DNA of 64,000 nt from Myxococcales bacterium (GTDB lineage Bacteria > Myxococcota_A > Bradymonadia > Bradymonadales > Bradymonadaceae). Location of the stretch: assembly GCA_007120035.1 (NCBI GenBank), contig SKON01000005.1, positions 614-64,613 on the forward strand, in the 5' to 3' direction. Positions within the stretch are counted from its first letter, which is position 1; the number at the start of each line of letters is the position of its first letter. Below are positions 21,200 to 31,155 of this stretch, piece by piece. The position numbers were made by a program, and so were the translations under genes. The notes under the pieces are model-generated. The model was given only the letters and a program-made list of their open reading frames with translations, was not told the origin of the DNA and ran no database searches.

Positions 21200-21697
21200 A
21201 TGGCAGGAAAGCAACAATCGGTGCTCCAGGCGGTCTGGCGCCTGTCTCCAGGGCCCCTGGAGGAGGGAGCCGTGGCGCGCAGGCTCTTCGAGTGTGCCCG
21301 GGCCGTGATGGGGGTGGAGTTCCACCGGTATGACCTAAACCAGCGGGGGCAATGGAAGCCATACCATGAGGAAGCGCTGGTCGTAGACGCAGTGACCCAA
21401 CGGACGCAGACGGTGCAGATCGAGGGGCGGTATCGGGATGACTCTCGGGAGATCGCGCCTCGGGAGCCCACTCCGGTCATGGTGGTGGCGACCGGGAAGC
21501 ATGGAGAGGCACCCCAGGCGGTGGCTCGGTGGGAGGAAGGGTGGGATCCCGGGAGGCGAATGGAGATCGAGGAAGCCCTGCGGACCCTCGACGGGTTGCC
21601 CCTGGAAGAGTTCCGGCTCGGTGCGCCCGACGGCGATCCCCTGGTGGTGGTGACCGAGGACGGGGTGCAGGTTTCTTGGAACGAGGAGGAGCGATGA
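21200..21697 (+). CDS. Hypothetical protein
   Basis: ORF ending in an ATGA overlap with the dCMP deaminase gene. Start uncertain (21134 or 21200). No family recognised. Confidence 0.45.
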   Translation: MAGKQQSVLQAVWRLSPGPLEEGAVARRLFECARAVMGVEFHRYDLNQRGQWKPYHEEALVVDAVTQRTQTVQIEGRYRDDSREIAPREPTPVMVVATGKHGEAPQAVARWEEGWDPGRRMEIEEALRTLDGLPLEEFRLGAPDGDPLVVVTEDGVQVSWNEEER

Positions 21698-22146
21698 CTG
21701 ATCGGGTGAGCTGGGATGAGTACTTCATGGCGATCGCCAGGCAGGTGGCCACCCGGGCCACCTGTGATCGCAAGCACGTGGGTGCCGTGATCGTCCGGGA
21801 TCGGACGATCCTGTCCACGGGATACAACGGGAGTATTCGGGGGTTACCCCATTGTGATGAGGTGGGGCATATGATGGAGGCCGGGCATTGCGTCCGGACC
21901 ATCCACGCCGAGGCCAACGCCATCATTCAGGCCGCCAAGAACGGGGTGGCCATCGCCGGGGCCGACATTTACATCACGGCGTCGCCCTGTTGGTTGTGCT
22001 TTAAGATGATCGCCAACGCCGGAGTGCAGCGGATCGTCTTCGGAGAATTCTACCGGGACCACCGGATCTACGAGGTGGCCCAGGCGCTGGGGATCGAGCT
22101 GATACAACTCACCGAGGACGAGCCCGGTCAGATTCCAGCGGAATAG
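21694..22146 (+). CDS. dCMP deaminase (ComEB-type cytidine/deoxycytidylate deaminase)
   Basis: Zinc motifs HAEANAI and PCWLCFKMI. N-terminal WDEYFMAIARQVATRATC. Confidence 0.9.
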   Translation: MTDRVSWDEYFMAIARQVATRATCDRKHVGAVIVRDRTILSTGYNGSIRGLPHCDEVGHMMEAGHCVRTIHAEANAIIQAAKNGVAIAGADIYITASPCWLCFKMIANAGVQRIVFGEFYRDHRIYEVAQALGIELIQLTEDEPGQIPAE

Positions 22147-22159
22147 ATGGTAGGAGAAA

Positions 22160-22232
22160 TGCGAAGGGGCGGACTCGAACCGCCGACACCGGCCTTTTCA
22201 GGGCCGTGCTCTACCTGCTGAGCTACCTTCGC
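22160..22232 (-). tRNA. tRNA-Phe (anticodon GAA)
   Basis: 73-nt cloverleaf: acceptor GCGAAGG/CCTTCGC, D arm GCTC-AGCAGGTA-GAGC, anticodon loop CTGAAAA, T arm GGCGG-TTCGAGT-CCGCC. CCA is not encoded. Confidence 0.9.
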
Positions 22233-22522
22233 CCGGTACGGGAGGGTCGTAACGCGAGGGGTTCGCGTCAGGACGGCCCGACTTATAAGTCCGGTGTTTC
22301 CCTGGTGTCAAGAACAATCCGTCGGGGCGTTTCGCGCCGCCCCGCCCTCTACGGAACCTCCCCTCCGCGCACCCCTCCGTTTCGGAGCCGCGGAGTCCTT
22401 GCATTGGTGGAATCCATAGGGTAGAACAGGTCGCCTGTAAATATGCACTCCAGAGCAAGAAAGTCGCGGAGTGTAGCGGTCCGTAGGAGGCTGCATAGAA
22501 CTCATGGCGAGGAAAGGTAGAC

Positions 22523-24163
22523 ATGAGAGTAGGTGTGACCGAGGGAGAGCGAAATCGCGGCAGCCTGGTCCCCACAGCGGTAATGCTGGGGGGATTGTTG
22601 ATCGGGGTTTCGATCCTGGCAATGAGCGGCTGTGATACGGTGGCTCAGATCGCGTTTCCGGAGCGGCGGTTTCAGGAGATTCGACCCATCGGGGTAATGC
22701 CCACGGGCGGCCAGTGCGATGGGGTGGGCAATCGAGGGTCGCTGCGGATGGTCTTGATGGCCAACGATGGGACACCGATCAAGCCCGGCGAAGATCTCTC
22801 CCTGGCGTCCGTGGATCTGCGGGCCCAGGATCTGAGTTGGAGCGACGGTCGTCTGTACACCTTCCCCGACGAGACCTGTGGCAGTGGCGAGTGTCCTCCG
22901 GCGTTTACGTGCACGGAGTCGACCACGGGTGTCGAGGAGCTCGGCAACCGATGCATGAACACAACGGCTCTGGGCGTGCCTTCGGATCCGGTGTTCGTGG
23001 GCAATGAACCTACCAGTCAAGCCCTGGCGGTGGTGCTCTCCAACGAGGGTCGGTGGCGGGGATGGCTGCCCGACGATCTAGGGACCTACTTCGAGGCCAA
23101 CCCGGACGGAACAGCGGTGGCGGGCGCCTCGGCGGATATTGGTCTGGACGATGGGCGAGCCGGAGACCGTCCGGGAGAGCGATACGGAGCCCTCGATCAG
23201 GCCCGTCAGGTGTGGCAAAACCTGGTGAATAACGTCGTCGAGCCCCAGGGGCGACAGGCCTTCTTTGGGCTGTGGACCTTCGCGGAGACGTCGGCGGAGA
23301 CGACCTCCCATGTGGGCCAGTTGAGCAGCCCCGAACAGCCATCGGTGTGGACCCGTCAGCCTCTCCGGGTAGCGCAGGCGATCCGGCAGGCGGAGGACAC
23401 CAACCCTCAGCGGACCCGGGCTGATGTGTACGCCCGTCTGCAGGACATCCTGGACGAGGGGTTCGGGCCCGACTCCCAGGTCGCCGCGGCGGTGCAGAAC
23501 GTCGAGGATCGGCACCTGGTGCTGATCGTGGGCGGTCCGAACGAGCGACCCCGACCGACCCTGGGGTACCAGGAGGTCGTGAGCGCCGCCCAAGATCTGG
23601 GGGTGACCATCTCGGTGATCCAGGTGGATCCGGCGATGGACAAGGACCTGCTTCGAGACGATCCCCGATACTACGAGACCGCAGCGAGTTGCTCCAGCGA
23701 TGCTGATTGCAAGAACTTCGAGGAGTGTCGTCAGGTGCAGCTCTGGTGCAACGCGTCGTCGGCGCAGTCCTGCAACGACGTGGCGTTCCCGGCGAACCCG
23801 GACAATCAGTACTGCGTCCCCGCCCGGGATGAGAACGGCCGCGTCGGGCCGATCGAAGATTATCAGCTCTTGGCCTGCGAGACCGGCGGCAGCTACTCCT
23901 ACATCCCGACGGTGACGAACAACCTCCTCTTTTCGCGATTGGCCGGGCAGGTGATGTGGCAGGAAGCGGGGTGGGAGGTGGAGATCGATATCAACGAGTC
24001 CGGGAGCTTGATCCCCGGTGAGCCCGCCGCGCTGCAGGGGGCCCTCCAGATCACCCAGGGGCAGACCCAGAGCTACAATTTCTCTCAACGGGGGAGCGTG
24101 TTGGGCACCCCGGGCGACCCATCGAGTTGGGACACCCGGCCGGTGTTCTTCAAGGCGCCCTGA
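22523..24163 (+). CDS. Cys-rich lipoprotein with a vWA-like alpha/beta core lacking a canonical MIDAS motif; first gene of the Glt/Nfs-type locus
   Basis: GAGGAAAGG SD and lipobox AMSGC. vWA-like strand pattern (LAVVLSNEGRW, FFGLWTFAETS, RHLVLIVGGPNE, GVTISVIQVD, ETGGSYSYI). 12 Cys after the lipobox. Confidence 0.7.
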   Translation: MRVGVTEGERNRGSLVPTAVMLGGLLIGVSILAMSGCDTVAQIAFPERRFQEIRPIGVMPTGGQCDGVGNRGSLRMVLMANDGTPIKPGEDLSLASVDLRAQDLSWSDGRLYTFPDETCGSGECPPAFTCTESTTGVEELGNRCMNTTALGVPSDPVFVGNEPTSQALAVVLSNEGRWRGWLPDDLGTYFEANPDGTAVAGASADIGLDDGRAGDRPGERYGALDQARQVWQNLVNNVVEPQGRQAFFGLWTFAETSAETTSHVGQLSSPEQPSVWTRQPLRVAQAIRQAEDTNPQRTRADVYARLQDILDEGFGPDSQVAAAVQNVEDRHLVLIVGGPNERPRPTLGYQEVVSAAQDLGVTISVIQVDPAMDKDLLRDDPRYYETAASCSSDADCKNFEECRQVQLWCNASSAQSCNDVAFPANPDNQYCVPARDENGRVGPIEDYQLLACETGGSYSYIPTVTNNLLFSRLAGQVMWQEAGWEVEIDINESGSLIPGEPAALQGALQITQGQTQSYNFSQRGSVLGTPGDPSSWDTRPVFFKAP

Positions 24164-24218
24164 GACAGTGACGATGACGATCGGAAGTGATCATCGCGGA
24201 TCAACGGAGAACCATACC

Positions 24219-24953
24219 GTGAAAGCCAGACCATGGAAGTTGGGCCTCGTAAGCCTCCTGATGCTGTCCCTCGTAGGCCTGAGCGGGCCTGTGATGGCCC
24301 AGGAGTTGGAGGAAGAGGAAGAGGCGGGCCTGCCGGAGCTCGATGATGACGACCCGATGTACTGGGCGCAGATGCGGGACGTGTACACCATGCAGCGGCG
24401 GGCGTTCCTGAAAGAAGGACGGTTCGCGCTCTCGGCGTACGCCGGCCTGATCCCGAACAACATCTTCGAGCAGTACTTCCCGCTGGGGCTGCGAGCCAAC
24501 TACTACATCCTGGAGAATATCGGGCTGGAGTTGTCGAGCTCCTATGCGTTCCGGCGGTCCACGGACCTGCGCCCGATCCTCACGGAGGACAGCGGGATCA
24601 ACGCCCGAGACGTGTTGATCGGTGACAAGCAGGTCTCCCACACGGTTTTCGGGGTCCAGTGGAGCCCGGCCTACGGGAAGTTTGCCCTCGGAGACTCGGG
24701 GCTCTTCTATTTCGATCTGAACGTCTTCGGCGGCGCCGGGATGGTGGTGGTCCAGACCGAGAGCGACTTCAACGCCCCCCCGGATACGACGGTGAAGCCC
24801 GAAGGGGTGATCGGTGCGGGAGCGGCGATCTTTCTGGGGCAACACGCCGGTCTTCGAGTGGACTTCCGACAGTTCGTCTTCCAGAAGGTGGAGGGCATCG
24901 GTGGGGTAGCCAACCCCTCGGAGGTCTCCGTGGGCTTTAGCTGGTTCTTCTAA
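24219..24953 (+). CDS. Outer-membrane beta-barrel protein, GltA/GltB (NfsA/NfsB)-like, paralogue 1
   Basis: Signal peptide KARPWKLGLVSLLMLSLVGLSGPVMA. Alternating beta-strand pattern. C-terminal SVGFSWFF. GTG at 24219 has a GGAGA SD 8 nt upstream (alternative ATG at 24174). Confidence 0.75.
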   Translation: MKARPWKLGLVSLLMLSLVGLSGPVMAQELEEEEEAGLPELDDDDPMYWAQMRDVYTMQRRAFLKEGRFALSAYAGLIPNNIFEQYFPLGLRANYYILENIGLELSSSYAFRRSTDLRPILTEDSGINARDVLIGDKQVSHTVFGVQWSPAYGKFALGDSGLFYFDLNVFGGAGMVVVQTESDFNAPPDTTVKPEGVIGAGAAIFLGQHAGLRVDFRQFVFQKVEGIGGVANPSEVSVGFSWFF

Positions 24954-24988
24954 GCGTTAAGCGACAACCGAGCAGGACAGGACATCTG

Positions 24989-25753
24989 ATGATCAAGAAG
25001 GCAAAGTGGAGTCTGGCAGCGGCGGCGGCCGTGGCGGTGTGCCTGGGGCTGAGCCTGCCGGCGTCGGCGGAAGAGGGCGGCCTGGACACAGAGCTCGAGC
25101 AGTTCTGGTCAGCCGACAGAGACGTCCGTGTGATCGAGAACCGCCTCTTCGAGCGAGAGGGCCGGTTCGGCGCCGGGCTGTACACGGGGCTTCTGTCCAG
25201 CGATCCCTTCTTCTACTACTTCCCCGTGGGGGTGCGGGCGACCTACCACTTCTCCAACAGCCTGGGGGTGGAAGTGGGGGGAGCGTTCATGGACGCCCCG
25301 TTTTTGACCCATAACACGGAGCTGACGGACTTTCTCCAGGAGAGCCGCCGAGAGAGCTTCAACAGCGCTACGGATACGATGGATCGGTATCTGTGGCGAG
25401 CCAACGCGGTGGCGGTGTGGAGCCCGTTTTACGGGAAGCTGGCGATCCTTCAGCGGAAGCTGGCCCACTTCGACCTGAACGTCGCCGGTGGGCTCGGGAT
25501 GGTGCAGGTGGAGCGTCCCGGGCTGGATACGGCGGGACAGCCGTCGCTCTCGGGGGAGGCGTTCAACCATATCACGATGGAAGTGGTGACCGGGGTGGGG
25601 GCCCATTTCTACATCACAGATTCCCTGCTGGTGCGTCTCGACGGGCGAGGATACCTGTACCGGGGGGCGGAGCTGGTCCACAACACGGACAGCTTCTTTC
25701 GCCAGTTGAAGTTCCCCATGGAGTTCCTGGTGGGAGCGACCTATCTCTTCTGA
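24989..25753 (+). CDS. Outer-membrane beta-barrel protein, GltA/GltB (NfsA/NfsB)-like, paralogue 2
   Basis: Signal peptide ending PASA. Shares the EGRF-x5-Y-x-G barrel start and overall pattern with the upstream gene. Ends LVGATYLF. Confidence 0.8.
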   Translation: MIKKAKWSLAAAAAVAVCLGLSLPASAEEGGLDTELEQFWSADRDVRVIENRLFEREGRFGAGLYTGLLSSDPFFYYFPVGVRATYHFSNSLGVEVGGAFMDAPFLTHNTELTDFLQESRRESFNSATDTMDRYLWRANAVAVWSPFYGKLAILQRKLAHFDLNVAGGLGMVQVERPGLDTAGQPSLSGEAFNHITMEVVTGVGAHFYITDSLLVRLDGRGYLYRGAELVHNTDSFFRQLKFPMEFLVGATYLF

Positions 25754-25811
25754 AGACGCCCCGCGAAGGGCCGGACAAGACGGCAGGACTACGACGATGC
25801 AGAAGGAAGCG

Positions 25812-27731
25812 ATGACAGAACGAGTAAGAGGTGTTCGTCTGCTGGCGGCTCTGGTGGTGGCGGTGTTGATCGCACTGCCCGCTGTGACGGCGATGGCGCT
25901 GGACAAGGATCAGATTGTCCAGATGACCCAGATGGGGCTCGACGACCGGGCGATCATGGGTGCCATCGACTCCGCCGGTGAGTCCCTGGCCCTCGATGAC
26001 GAGGACGTCGAGGACCTTCGAGAGCGGGGCGTCAGCGAGGATGTGATCAACCACCTGCGTCGGCGGGGGTTCATCATCTCCGATGCCGTCGAACAGGACG
26101 ACCTCGATGACGATGACTTCGACGATCTGGCGCCGGCGCCGGCGCCGGCCGAGGAGTCCGAAGAGGAGCGCGAAGAGCGAGAGCGCCTGGAGGCCGAAGA
26201 AGAGGAGCGAATTCGGCAGCGGGCCGAGGAGCTTCGTCGTGAGGAAGAAGAGGCAGCGCAGCGAGAGCGAGAGCTGGCGTCGGCCGCCGCTGAGCTTCCC
26301 CGGGCCCGGCAGCGCCTGGACCGCGACGACAATATGGCCGCCGCCCGGGTGTACCTGAGGTTTTTGGCCATGGACCCCCCCTACGACTCCGAAGAGTGGT
26401 ACGAGGCGACCTTCGGCCTGGCGCGAGCCCTGGTCCAGGAGGGGATCTACTCCGGGGCCACCTCGCCGCTTCTGGAGGTGTTGATGATGGGCGCCGACCG
26501 GAGCCACTTCGACGAGGCGTTCCGGATGCTCCAGACTTTGACCCGGGAAATTGGATATCAGCCGCCACTTCTGGAAGAATTGACCCAGTTTAACGTGGCC
26601 AATAAGAGCCAGTCCTTTCAGAACGAATTCAACTACTACATGGGCAAGTTCTTCTTCGACTACCGCCGGATGGATCTGGCGCTGGATTACTTCGAGCGGA
26701 TCCCACAGCAGGCTCCTCAGTATCCGGAGAGCCGGTATCTGGCCGGGGTGGCGCAGTTGGATCCGGCGGTCAACGACACCATCGGGGCCCTGCGAAACTT
26801 CGAGGATGCGATTTTGGCGGCCGAGGCGGCCACCGATGGCAATGAGGACATTCTGGAGCTGGGGTATCTGGCCCTTGCCCGAGTGTTCTTCGAGTTGGGA
26901 TTCTTCGATGTGGCGCTCTACTACTACCAGCAGATTCCCTCGGAGAGCGCCCGGTTCGCCGATAGCGTGTTCGAGTCGGCGTGGAGCTTCTTCATGAAGA
27001 ACGACTTCGAGCGGGCTCTGGGGGCGTTCCACTCGTTGCATAGCCCCTTCTACGCGCAGCGATACTACCCGGAGCTCTACATCCTGGAAGCGACGGTGTA
27101 TCTGAACCTGTGCAAGTTCCCGAAGAGCCAGCGGGCACTTGCGGAGTTCCAGAGGCAGTACCTGGATCAGCGGCCGATCCTCCAGGAGTATCTGGAGACG
27201 ACCTTTGAGCCCCGGGAATACTGGGAGATGATGAACAGGGTTTATCAGAATGGAAGCGAACCGGAGCTTCCCCGACTCTTTACCAACGCCGTGTTGGAGA
27301 GCATCTCGTTTTACAATATTCACCAGGTGATTCGAGCGCTGGAGGCGGAGAAGAGGGCGCTGATGGCCAATATCGACGCCCTGGGAGAGTTCGGAGAAGA
27401 GGTGTTGGGCCGAGTGGAAGAGCAATTGGAGCTGAACATCGAGGAAGGGGGGATTGTGGTACAGCAGCGCCTCAATGCCGTGGATCAAGAGTTGGAGACC
27501 TGGGTGTCTCGGGCGACGATGATCGAGATCGACATCGCCAGTGAAGAGATCGAACAGACTCGGCAACTCCTGCAGAACCCCGACTTTCAACCCCAGGACG
27601 GCCCGGAAGCGGGGACCACCTTGATGGTGGTGGCCGATGACTGGCAGTCCTGGCCCTTCGAGGGAGAGTACTGGGTGGATGAGGTCGGAAGCTATCGCAG
27701 CGCCTTGCGAACGGAGTGCATCGAACAATGA
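25812..27731 (+). CDS. Secreted TPR-repeat protein, GltC/NfsC-like
   Basis: Signal peptide MTERVRGVRLLAALVVAVLIALPAVTAMA, then a Glu/Arg-rich coiled segment and TPR-like repeats (FNYYMGKFFFDYRRMDLALDYFERI...). Alternative ATG at 25797. Confidence 0.7.
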   Translation: MTERVRGVRLLAALVVAVLIALPAVTAMALDKDQIVQMTQMGLDDRAIMGAIDSAGESLALDDEDVEDLRERGVSEDVINHLRRRGFIISDAVEQDDLDDDDFDDLAPAPAPAEESEEEREERERLEAEEEERIRQRAEELRREEEEAAQRERELASAAAELPRARQRLDRDDNMAAARVYLRFLAMDPPYDSEEWYEATFGLARALVQEGIYSGATSPLLEVLMMGADRSHFDEAFRMLQTLTREIGYQPPLLEELTQFNVANKSQSFQNEFNYYMGKFFFDYRRMDLALDYFERIPQQAPQYPESRYLAGVAQLDPAVNDTIGALRNFEDAILAAEAATDGNEDILELGYLALARVFFELGFFDVALYYYQQIPSESARFADSVFESAWSFFMKNDFERALGAFHSLHSPFYAQRYYPELYILEATVYLNLCKFPKSQRALAEFQRQYLDQRPILQEYLETTFEPREYWEMMNRVYQNGSEPELPRLFTNAVLESISFYNIHQVIRALEAEKRALMANIDALGEFGEEVLGRVEEQLELNIEEGGIVVQQRLNAVDQELETWVSRATMIEIDIASEEIEQTRQLLQNPDFQPQDGPEAGTTLMVVADDWQSWPFEGEYWVDEVGSYRSALRTECIEQ

Positions 27732-30700
27732 ACATTTCACCGCTGATCAAGAAATCACTCGTGGCGCTGGCCCTGGTCTCGTTGACCGGGGCGTCGTCGA
27801 CGGCGTTTGCGCAAGACGTTCGGGGCTCCGGTCGAGCGACGACCGACGATATCCTGTCCGCCGCCGAGGAGCGACTGGACGCGCAGGTGGAGGAGGAGGC
27901 CGAACGGGAGGTGGAGACCGACCTGGAGGCCGAGACCCGGGTGCGGCTGGAAGACACCCAGGTCGATGAGCGCTCTCCTGAGGAGATCGAGGCCCTGCAG
28001 CGCCAGTTGGAGTCTCGGTACGACAGCCAGATCCAGCGATTTCGCCAGCTGATCGAGAGCCAGCCCTACGATGCTCAGCGGCCGAACTGGATGTTCCAGA
28101 AGGCCGAGCTGCTGTGGGAGCTGCGGAACATGGAGTATGTCCGGGCCCGGTCGGAGTACAACGTGTGCCTCGACGCTGTGTATCAGGGGACTCTGGACGA
28201 GGCTGACTGCGATGAACCGTCGCCGGAGTACGAAGAGCCCCAGCGGCTCTACGAGGCGGTGCTCCAGGAGTTCCCGGACTATCCGCGGCTCGACGAAGTC
28301 CTCTTCCGACTGGGGAGCGGGCTGCTGGAGGCCGATGAGGGCGCCCAGGCGGTGAGCTATCTGCAGCGTTTGGTGAGCTCCTACCCGAACTCCCGGTACC
28401 TGCCGGACGCCTACCTGGCGCTGGGGGATTTCTTCTTTGACCAGCAGATGACCAGCGCGGCCCGGGACAACTACGAGAACGTCCTGAACCACGAGAGTTA
28501 TCGCAACTTCGACTACGCCGTGTATAAGCTGGGGTGGACCCACTTCAACATGGGCGAGCACCGGGAGAGCGCCGATCGGTTCAAGCAGGTGATCGAGGCG
28601 TCGGAAGGCCACCAGGCGTGGGGGTTCTTGCAGACCCAGGCGGCCAACGACCTGATGCTGGCGCTGGCGGAGCTGCCCGGGGGCTGGATCGAGGCCCGGG
28701 ATTACTTCACCAATCTGCGGGATATCGACTACGCCTACGAGCAGTTGGATCGGATGGCGGGATACCTGGAGATCCAGGGCAAGGATGAGGACGCCATCGC
28801 CGTGTACGACTGGTTCCTCCAGGAGCGGCCGAACCACCGAAACGTGCCGAGCTGGATGGACGCGGTGGCTCGGTCCCTGCGAGAGGTCGACTTCGAAGGG
28901 TATGAAGAGCGGGTCAATCAGGCCGTGGCCTACCTCCACCCGGACAGCATGTGGTCTCAGCACAACCGGGAGGAGGAGCGGGCCCGACGCAACGCCGATC
29001 TCTTCGTGGAGAGTAACCTCGCCCGTCTGGCCAACCATTACCACCGGCAGGCCCAGCGGCAGGAAGACGTGGAGAGCTACGCCACGGCCGCCGACTACTA
29101 CCAGCAGTTCATCGATTGGTTCCCGGAGCACCCGGCGTCCTTCGATATGACCTTCTTCCTGGGTGAGATCTACCTCTACGCCCTGGAAGACTATGAGCGG
29201 GCCGCCGCCCAGTATCAGATGGTGGTGGACCTGTACAACGGCGACAATATCCCGTCGGAGGCGAACGAAGACGACGTGGAGGCCCTGGTTCGGGACTCGG
29301 CGTACAACATCGTGGTCGCCTACAACGAGCTGGTGCGGATGCATCACCCGGAGAGCGTCCTGGTGGATATGGCGGAGCGGGCCGGGGAAGACCCGGAGCT
29401 GACCGTGCAGAGCGTCGACGAGCTCTCCGGCGAAGACGGGGAGACCCCGCCGATCGAGCGGCAGGATCTCTTGCGTTGGGAAGAAGGGTTCGTGCGGGCC
29501 AGCGATCAGTTCTCGGAGATGTATCCGAACGACGACATCACGCCGACGGTGGACTACGTGGCCGCCGAGGTCTATCGAAGCCGGGGGCACTACGACAACT
29601 GCATCCCCCGGTACGAGAGCATCATTCAGAACGCGCCTCAGCACCGGTACGCGAGCTTCGCCGGGAACTCCCTGTTGGAGGCGAACTATCGCCTGGAGCG
29701 ATGGGATGAGGTGGAGAAGTGGGCCCGGCACCTGTTGGAGAACGAGATCTTCGACGTGACGCCCGAGGATTCGCTGACCTCGGCGATCGCGTATGCGATC
29801 AACGAGCGGGCGATCAACCTGATGGAGGACGAGCAGTTCGACGACGCTGCCGACGACCTGCTGCGGCTGGCCGCGGAGTTCCCGGAGAGCCACCTGGCGC
29901 CGGGAGCCCTGTTCAACGCAGCGGCGATCTTCGAGCGCGGCGATCGGGTGAACCGGGCCGTGGAGGTCTACCTCCAGGTGGTCGACGACTATCCGTCCAG
30001 CGACCAGGCTCCGGAGGCCCTCTTCGTGCTGGGCTTGATTCACGAAGCCCGGACGGACTTCGCCCGGGCGGCGGACTTCTTCCAGCGCCTCGGGGAGGAG
30101 GAGTATCGAGACAACGAGAACGCCTCCACGGCGGTGTTCGACGCGGCGGTGTTGCGAGAGGCCATGGAGGACTGGCAGCTGGCCATCTCGACCTACGAGG
30201 ACTACCTGAGCTTCTTCGAGGACATCGACAACCGCAACGAGGTGGAGCTCCACCTGGCGTTTTTGGAGAAGGAGCGGGACGCGTGGACCGATGCGGAAGG
30301 GCGGTTTGAGCGATACCTTCAGAAGGAGGACATCCCGGACTCCGAGCGGGTGGAGATCCACCTGGAGCTGGGGTTGATCGCCGAGCGTCTGCAGCGAGGC
30401 AACAACTGGCAGGAGGAGGCGGATCGACACTTCACTCAGACTCTGGAGATCTGGGAGAGCCTGGAAGACGAAGAGGTGAAGCGAGCCTTGCGGCACCAGG
30501 CTTCGCAGGCTCGGTTCCGGCAGACGGAGGTGATCTTTGAGCAGTTCCGGGACGTGAACCTGTCGTTCCCGGTGGCCCGGCTTCGAGAGACGGCGGAACA
30601 GAAAGCGGAGCTTCAGCAGCAGGCGGAGACCATGTACCGAGAGATCATCGGCATGGGAAGCCCCCTGTGGGTGGCAGCGGCGTCGTTCCGAATTGGTCAG

Positions 30701-31129
30701 AGCTACCAGGAGTTCGCCGAGGCGCTCTTCGCCCTGCCGATTCCGGAAGGGCTGACCATGGAGCAGGAGATGGACTACGAGATGTCCATTGAGGATCTGG
30801 CGATGCCGCTTCAGGATCAGGCGCTGGCGGCGTATCGCAACGCCCTGGATCTGGCCCTCCGATTCCAGGCATACAACGAGTGGAGTAGCCGGTCGGCGGA
30901 GCAGATCAGCCAGTTGGAGCGGATCGCCTTCCCGATCACCGGCCAGGACGGGGTGACCGTGGAACACAACCGAACGGAGTTCTTCTCGCCGCCGGCGGTG
31001 GATTCCCTGGATGTGGTGTGGGAGCGAGGCGCCCCGCGGTGGGAGCGGCTGCGACCGCCGCCGCCGCCGGAGCCGGAGCTTGATGAAGAGGGCAACCCCA
31101 TTGAGGTCGACCAGGAGCCCGCATCGTGA
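27728..31129 (+). CDS. Giant secreted TPR-repeat protein (1133 aa), GltD(AgmU)/NfsD-like
   Basis: Signal peptide MNISPLIKKSLVALALVSLTGASSTAFA. Many YbgF/BamD-type TPR units (SYPNSRYLPDAYLALGDFFF, DYPSSDQAPEALFVLGLIH). ATGA overlap with the upstream gene. Confidence 0.75.
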   Translation: MNISPLIKKSLVALALVSLTGASSTAFAQDVRGSGRATTDDILSAAEERLDAQVEEEAEREVETDLEAETRVRLEDTQVDERSPEEIEALQRQLESRYDSQIQRFRQLIESQPYDAQRPNWMFQKAELLWELRNMEYVRARSEYNVCLDAVYQGTLDEADCDEPSPEYEEPQRLYEAVLQEFPDYPRLDEVLFRLGSGLLEADEGAQAVSYLQRLVSSYPNSRYLPDAYLALGDFFFDQQMTSAARDNYENVLNHESYRNFDYAVYKLGWTHFNMGEHRESADRFKQVIEASEGHQAWGFLQTQAANDLMLALAELPGGWIEARDYFTNLRDIDYAYEQLDRMAGYLEIQGKDEDAIAVYDWFLQERPNHRNVPSWMDAVARSLREVDFEGYEERVNQAVAYLHPDSMWSQHNREEERARRNADLFVESNLARLANHYHRQAQRQEDVESYATAADYYQQFIDWFPEHPASFDMTFFLGEIYLYALEDYERAAAQYQMVVDLYNGDNIPSEANEDDVEALVRDSAYNIVVAYNELVRMHHPESVLVDMAERAGEDPELTVQSVDELSGEDGETPPIERQDLLRWEEGFVRASDQFSEMYPNDDITPTVDYVAAEVYRSRGHYDNCIPRYESIIQNAPQHRYASFAGNSLLEANYRLERWDEVEKWARHLLENEIFDVTPEDSLTSAIAYAINERAINLMEDEQFDDAADDLLRLAAEFPESHLAPGALFNAAAIFERGDRVNRAVEVYLQVVDDYPSSDQAPEALFVLGLIHEARTDFARAADFFQRLGEEEYRDNENASTAVFDAAVLREAMEDWQLAISTYEDYLSFFEDIDNRNEVELHLAFLEKERDAWTDAEGRFERYLQKEDIPDSERVEIHLELGLIAERLQRGNNWQEEADRHFTQTLEIWESLEDEEVKRALRHQASQARFRQTEVIFEQFRDVNLSFPVARLRETAEQKAELQQQAETMYREIIGMGSPLWVAAASFRIGQSYQEFAEALFALPIPEGLTMEQEMDYEMSIEDLAMPLQDQALAAYRNALDLALRFQAYNEWSSRSAEQISQLERIAFPITGQDGVTVEHNRTEFFSPPAVDSLDVVWERGAPRWERLRPPPPPEPELDEEGNPIEVDQEPAS

Positions 31130-31155
31130 AGACGACAGAACTCGAGGAACGAAGC

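Noticed and set aside
22233-22522. 290-nt gap between tRNA-Phe and the first Glt/Nfs-locus gene as an sRNA or riboswitch
   Set aside because: It contains only short GC hairpins (e.g. GGGGCG-N8-CGCCCC) without a T tract or a recognisable conserved RNA motif. It is probably just the promoter and leader region, which cannot be resolved by eye.
27755-30967. 1070-aa minus-strand ORF antisense to the GltD-like gene. The same applies to 25614..27740, 32658..34406, 11378..13408, 44553..46271, 55503..57272 and 59638..61155.
   Set aside because: All overlap domain-bearing genes on the other strand. All have Arg/Pro/His/Gly-rich compositions without motifs, signal peptides or SD sequences. They are treated as GC-driven artefacts.
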